From: Chrysomallon squamiferum
Taxonomy: Eukaryota > Animalia > Mollusca
Reading direction: 5' to 3'
Assembly (NCBI GenBank): GCA_012295275.1
Contig: CM022667.1
Span: forward strand, 5,766,001-5,830,000
Length of the DNA: 64,000 nucleotides
Shown: positions 59,236 to 64,000 of the stretch, one piece after another
Position numbering within the stretch: position 1 is the stretch's first letter
How the letters are laid out: each line of letters begins with the position of its first letter
Position numbers and translations under genes: made by a program
Notes under the pieces: model-generated
What the model was told of the DNA's origin: nothing
What the model saw: the letters and a program-made list of their open reading frames with translations, nothing else
Database searches by the model: none

Positions 59236-60666
59236 TAATTAATTAATTATTAAAAAAAAAAAAAAAAAAAAAAAAAGGTTATGCCCCTTTAAATCAAAAC
59301 TGTTCGGCGAATTCAACAGTTAGGCGAACTGACGAGAATTCATCGTGTTAAACAAGGTCAACACGACCAAGCTGATTGGTCTACGTGATCAGACCACTGT
59401 TTGCACTTCCTAGTACTTCTGTCGTCATAGCATCAAGATAAACACTGTACCGGTTCGGTCACAATAGCATATACAAATGTTTCTTTTTCTATTTTATTTA
59501 TTTATTTATTTTTATTTATTTATTTATTTACTTACATTACAGTTTATTTTTTTCCTTATACATATCTATCCTATAAAAGAACGACAACTTGTATACGATC
59601 TAATAAGATCTATTATATATCAGTAAATAGACTGACATGAAATTAATTTATTATTTCTATAAATAACGTTAAATGACTGCTCTGTGTTACTTACATATTT
59701 ATTGAGACCATACACTCACACATTTCGACCTCTCTCTCACTGTCTTATATATATATATATATAATTATTAATCCTTAGTTTGATAGATATTTACATAAGA
59801 ATTACACAGAAAAGGTGTGTTTGTGTATGTATCATTTATTGATTCCATTTATTAAACTGATTGTCAAAGAATGATATGTGCACTGAATTTGTTATATTTG
59901 TTCTAAACAAAACAAAAGAAAACACAGACCACTTTATTACTTTATTAATCATGACAATTTTTATAAATAATATATCACAGACAGCCTTATAAATGTATAA
60001 AAATATTACTTGTAAAGTAAATCTGAATATTAATAGATCAAACATGAGAAATAAAGTTTGTTACACATATATGCAAATACTTATTTATGCAATGTGTGTG
60101 TATGAGTGTGTGTCTGTGTGTGTGTTTCAAATAAAACATTCATGAGAAATAAAACTTATTACACATAGATGTTAATACTTATTTATGTAGTGTGTATATA
60201 GAGCTAAGCTGTTTCCTTTTTCTAAATGTGAAAATATGATTACACAGAACATAAACATATGTAAAATTAACAGTTTCTGAACAAAGGTTAGCACTGATTT
60301 GAAAACATTTCCTGCACTGTTTAATGTGTGAATTAATGTTCTTTCCAATTTTGAAGAGTTTTAGTACGTGTTTTCTAAATATAATTTTCCTCTGATATAA
60401 AAAAAAAAAAAAAAATACCAAGCTGATTGATCTACGTGATCAGACCACTGTATATACTTCCTAGTACTTTTATCGTCATAGCATCAAGATAAACACAGTA
60501 CCAGTTTGGTGAGAAACTGGTTTTAGCTGCTAACCCACTATTGATCGTCTGCAGTTCTTTTCTTTTCATATCCCTTAATAGTCACGATAGCGTATACATA
60601 TTTTCCTTTTTTATATATTTTTATTTATTTATTTATTTATTTATTTATTATTATTATTATTATTAT

Positions 60667-60712
<46 letters not shown>

Positions 60713-61107
60713 TAATTAATTAATTAATTAATTAATTAATTAATACATTTTTTATTTTGATGCGTCTTAAATTCACATGAATATAACTTACATTTCAGTT
60801 TATTTTTTCCTTATACATACTTATCATATAGAAAGAAGAACAACTTGTATAAGATCTAATAACATCTATTATATATCTATAAATAGTTTAACATGAAATT
60901 CATTTATTATTTTCAACGCCCAAGCCATCTGTTTACTGCATGAAGTTTTATAACAACAGTTCTGTAATGTTCACTTGTTGCCACAACTTTTAAAATTTTA
61001 TTTCCTTGACTCATTTTGTTTGGAAAAGTGCCAATGAGTAAATAACGTTAAGTGACAGCTCTGTGTTACTGATATATTTATTGAGACCATACACCCACAC
61101 ATTTATG

Positions 61108-61170
<63 letters not shown>

Positions 61171-61880
61171 ATATAGTTATTAATCATTACACAGATATTG
61201 ACATAAGAATTACACAGAAAAGGTGTGTTTGTGTATGTGTCGTTTATTGATTCCATTTATTAAACTGATTGTCAAAGAATCATATCTGCACTGAATTTGT
61301 TATATTTGTTCTAAACAAAACACAGACCACTTTATTACTTTATTAATCTCTCGTGACAGTTGTTATAAATTATAAAGAACATATAAATTGCATTCTATCA
61401 CAGACAGGCTTATAAATATATAAAAATATTACTTATGTAACTAAATCTGAATATTAATAGACCAAACATTTGTCATGCTACTTTTTGATTACTAATGTTT
61501 ATATTCAAAACTGGCACATTAAAGATATATATGCTGTGTATATGTGTCTGTCTGTATTTCAAATAAAACAAAATGAGAAATAAAGTATGTTACACATATA
61601 TGCAAATACTTATTTATGCAGTGTGTGTGTATGAGTGTGTGTCTGTGTGTGTGTTTCAAATAAAACATTCATGAGAAATAAAACTTGTTACCTATAGATG
61701 TTAATACTTATTTATGTAGTGTGTATATAGAACTAAACTGTTTCCTTTTTCTAAATATGAAATTATATTACAGAGCATAAACATGTCATGTAAAATTAAG
61801 TTTCTGAACAAAGGTTAGCACTGATTTAAAAACATTTCCTGCACTGTTTAATGTGTGAATTAATTTTCTTTCCAATTTGA
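58560..61880. repeat. Imperfect tandem duplications carrying three copies of a ~90-140 bp motif-rich module (58758, 59368, 60418)
   Basis: CAAGCTGATTGGTCTACGTGATCAGACCACTG...ACTTCCT...CAAGATAAACAC occurs three times; 59368-60400 aligns with 60418-61880. Confidence 0.85.
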
Positions 61881-61885
61881 AGTTT

Positions 61886-61916
<31 letters not shown>

Positions 61917-64000
61917 AATGTCCTTAGACCAAATATCTATGTCAGTTTCAGAAAGTTGTTAGATCAGTGTCTAAAATCAGAAATGTGAATACAACCGGTG
62001 ATGTTTTTATTAAAACAAACAGAAAACATAAATAAGTAAATAAACAGAAAGTATATAAACCTGGTTTTATTCTTGATTCTGAATTCTGTTTCTTCCAGAC
62101 TCTGAAAGTATAAAAGATTGTTTTTAGTTACTGGTTTTGTTTTATTCATGATACACCTCAGTCCTATGAAAATACAACAGATCTAAAGTGATCTACATAT
62201 GTTAAGTGTTTGAAATGTAACTGTTTAGCCCCTTAAGTAATTCAGTACAACTAACATTTACAATTGCTATAGTACTTAAAAATTAATTATATGTACTAAT
62301 GAACATAATCTTTTTCATAGCTTCAGAGTGACATTTTAGACAAAAATTATTAATTTAAGTAGAGAACAGTTAAAATAAATACAAGGTGGGTGAAGTGAAA
62401 TGAAAAAAGTAACTTAGTACATTTTGAGGAAAATAATATCAAAATCTGAAGAGATGTCTAGATGTCACTGGATACTGTAACTTCATGACAAAATCCTTTC
62501 ACTTGTATGCTAATGTCAGTTATTAAAATTGATCATACCCAGTTTACTTTAATTAATTACATAAGTTCCATGACTTTTGATAATGAGGTGTAAGGAAAAA
62601 TATTAAACAATGCCAGATTATATTTTTTAATTTTTTAATTTTTTTTATTATTATTACTATTTTTTTTAATATTTGGAAGTGTTTCTACTATCTAGTTTTT
62701 ATGTATGGGGGCTTGAGTCTGCCTGGACATTTTTGGGTTGGGAGAGGCTTATAACTTTATCCTGTGTACATGAACCAATGTACATCTCATTTTTGACACT
62801 TCTCAACAGTATATCATCTCTTTATTTAGGTATCTTAGTCACTCTGGCTAGTTTCTTGTTACATACGTCCTGTTCAGCCACTAGTTTAATGCAGTACTGC
62901 ACATTGATAAAGTTTATTCTCAGGCCTTATGAAGAATGTAATAAAAGGACAAACAAAACAGTCCTGCTGTACTCCTATCTTCCTGGTTGTGGGTCAGAGA
63001 TTGTTGTATTGTTTGACAACTGAGAAGTAAAACAAATCTGGGTCAAAGCAAATATCTGATCTGTAGTGGGCCAGACTTTGTGAACTTCCTAGTTTAAAAC
63101 ACACTTCTTTGTGTCAGCTGCATGTAACTTGAATCATAAATAATCTCATGCAATAGGTGTTTGGTGACTTTTAAAATAGTGTTTCTGGAGAATAGTATTC
63201 ACTACTTTAGGACACAAAGGAATGTTTGTATGAATGCAAGTGAAAGATTAGGCTTTACAGAAATTATCAGTGATGTATGGTTTTGTGTCTGAATGTAATT
63301 ACCTGAAAACAAAATAATAAAATATTTATTTTATTTATTTTACATTATTATTTATTATCTATGTTTAAATGAAACAACAAAAACACACAGTAATAGATAC
63401 ATATGTATATTTATTGTAAAGTGACAAAAGCTCATACAAAGATAGTAAAGATATGAAAACATAAATAGGTGTTTAACAAATCTATTTAAAACATTATAAC
63501 AAAATAAATAAATAAAAACCGGTGTTTACTAGATAAGAAATAACTAGCATGAAAATAACAAAACAATTACTACTTCAAGCATAAACAGGTTAATCACAAT
63601 TTACACATGATTCTTTTAAAAACATTTAATATACATTTTATTTCTTCATTCTTCTTGTCCAAATTTGTAATTCCAAAATTCACAATATAAATTGGAACAT
63701 ACTGAAACGTAAACAAAATACTTGTAATTCTTATCATTAACATTTTTTTAAACATTTATTTTAAACAGCTTCATGTTTTGTTATGATCAGTGATACTCTG
63801 ATTATAAAAACAAATCCAAATTTATCTCAGAAAATAGATAGCACTAAGAATGTTTAAATGTAAAAAAATATAATAATGAAACAATTGTTACAGTAATAAG
63901 CAGATATAAATATAAGAACTACAAACACACACTAAGTAAGAGCAAAATAAAAAAACTTACATTTAGCAAATATGTTACAGAGACCTGCATGATTAAATAC

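Noticed and set aside
58560-61880. CRISPR-like or regularly spaced repeat array
   Set aside because: Only three irregularly spaced copies within larger duplications, in eukaryotic DNA with no cas genes.
62673-63023. 116-aa ORF near the window end as a further receptor exon
   Set aside because: No Ig, FN3 or signal-peptide motif and no convincing splice pair; possibly repeat-derived.

Overview
This is AT-rich, microsatellite-rich eukaryotic (animal) genomic DNA with GT-AG introns and one 200-N assembly gap (11782-11981). A mollusc/gastropod origin is inferred from the Ig-domain style and repeat content but is not proven. The window holds a + strand tandem cluster of four immunoglobulin-superfamily (IgSF) cell-surface receptor genes that I assembled by hand from splice sites. 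Gene A (686-~9631/11366) and gene B (14550-18474+) are small single-V-like-domain proteins with a short hydrophobic anchor. Gene C (22808-35636) is a complete 11-exon, 722-aa receptor: signal peptide, V-like Ig, 2 x C2-like Ig, 2 x I-like Ig, FN3, TM (GIGIGIG) and a tail with an ITIM (SFYDDL), a canonically spaced ITAM (YSSL-x7-YSVL) and a YxN motif. Gene D (40222-56720) is a paralog of C in which a ~3.6 kb V+C2 exon cassette is tandemly triplicated. Main observations: (i) the repeated V exons differ almost only by non-synonymous changes clustered in CDR1/CDR2-equivalent loops, while the adjacent C2 exons and introns are nearly identical; (ii) exon cores of C and D are homogenised while their introns do not align; (iii) a third tail copy behind gene A has lost its ITIM and second ITAM tyrosines; (iv) several 'ghost' exons are deleted between retained intron flanks. 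Together this looks like a rapidly diversifying invertebrate ITAM/ITIM immune or allorecognition receptor locus. The rest is transposon debris (RTE-like and RLE-type LINE ends, a Tc1/mariner MITE, a deleted pogo-like element, a FLYWCH/MULE fragment, a tRNA-SINE), local duplications and simple repeats.
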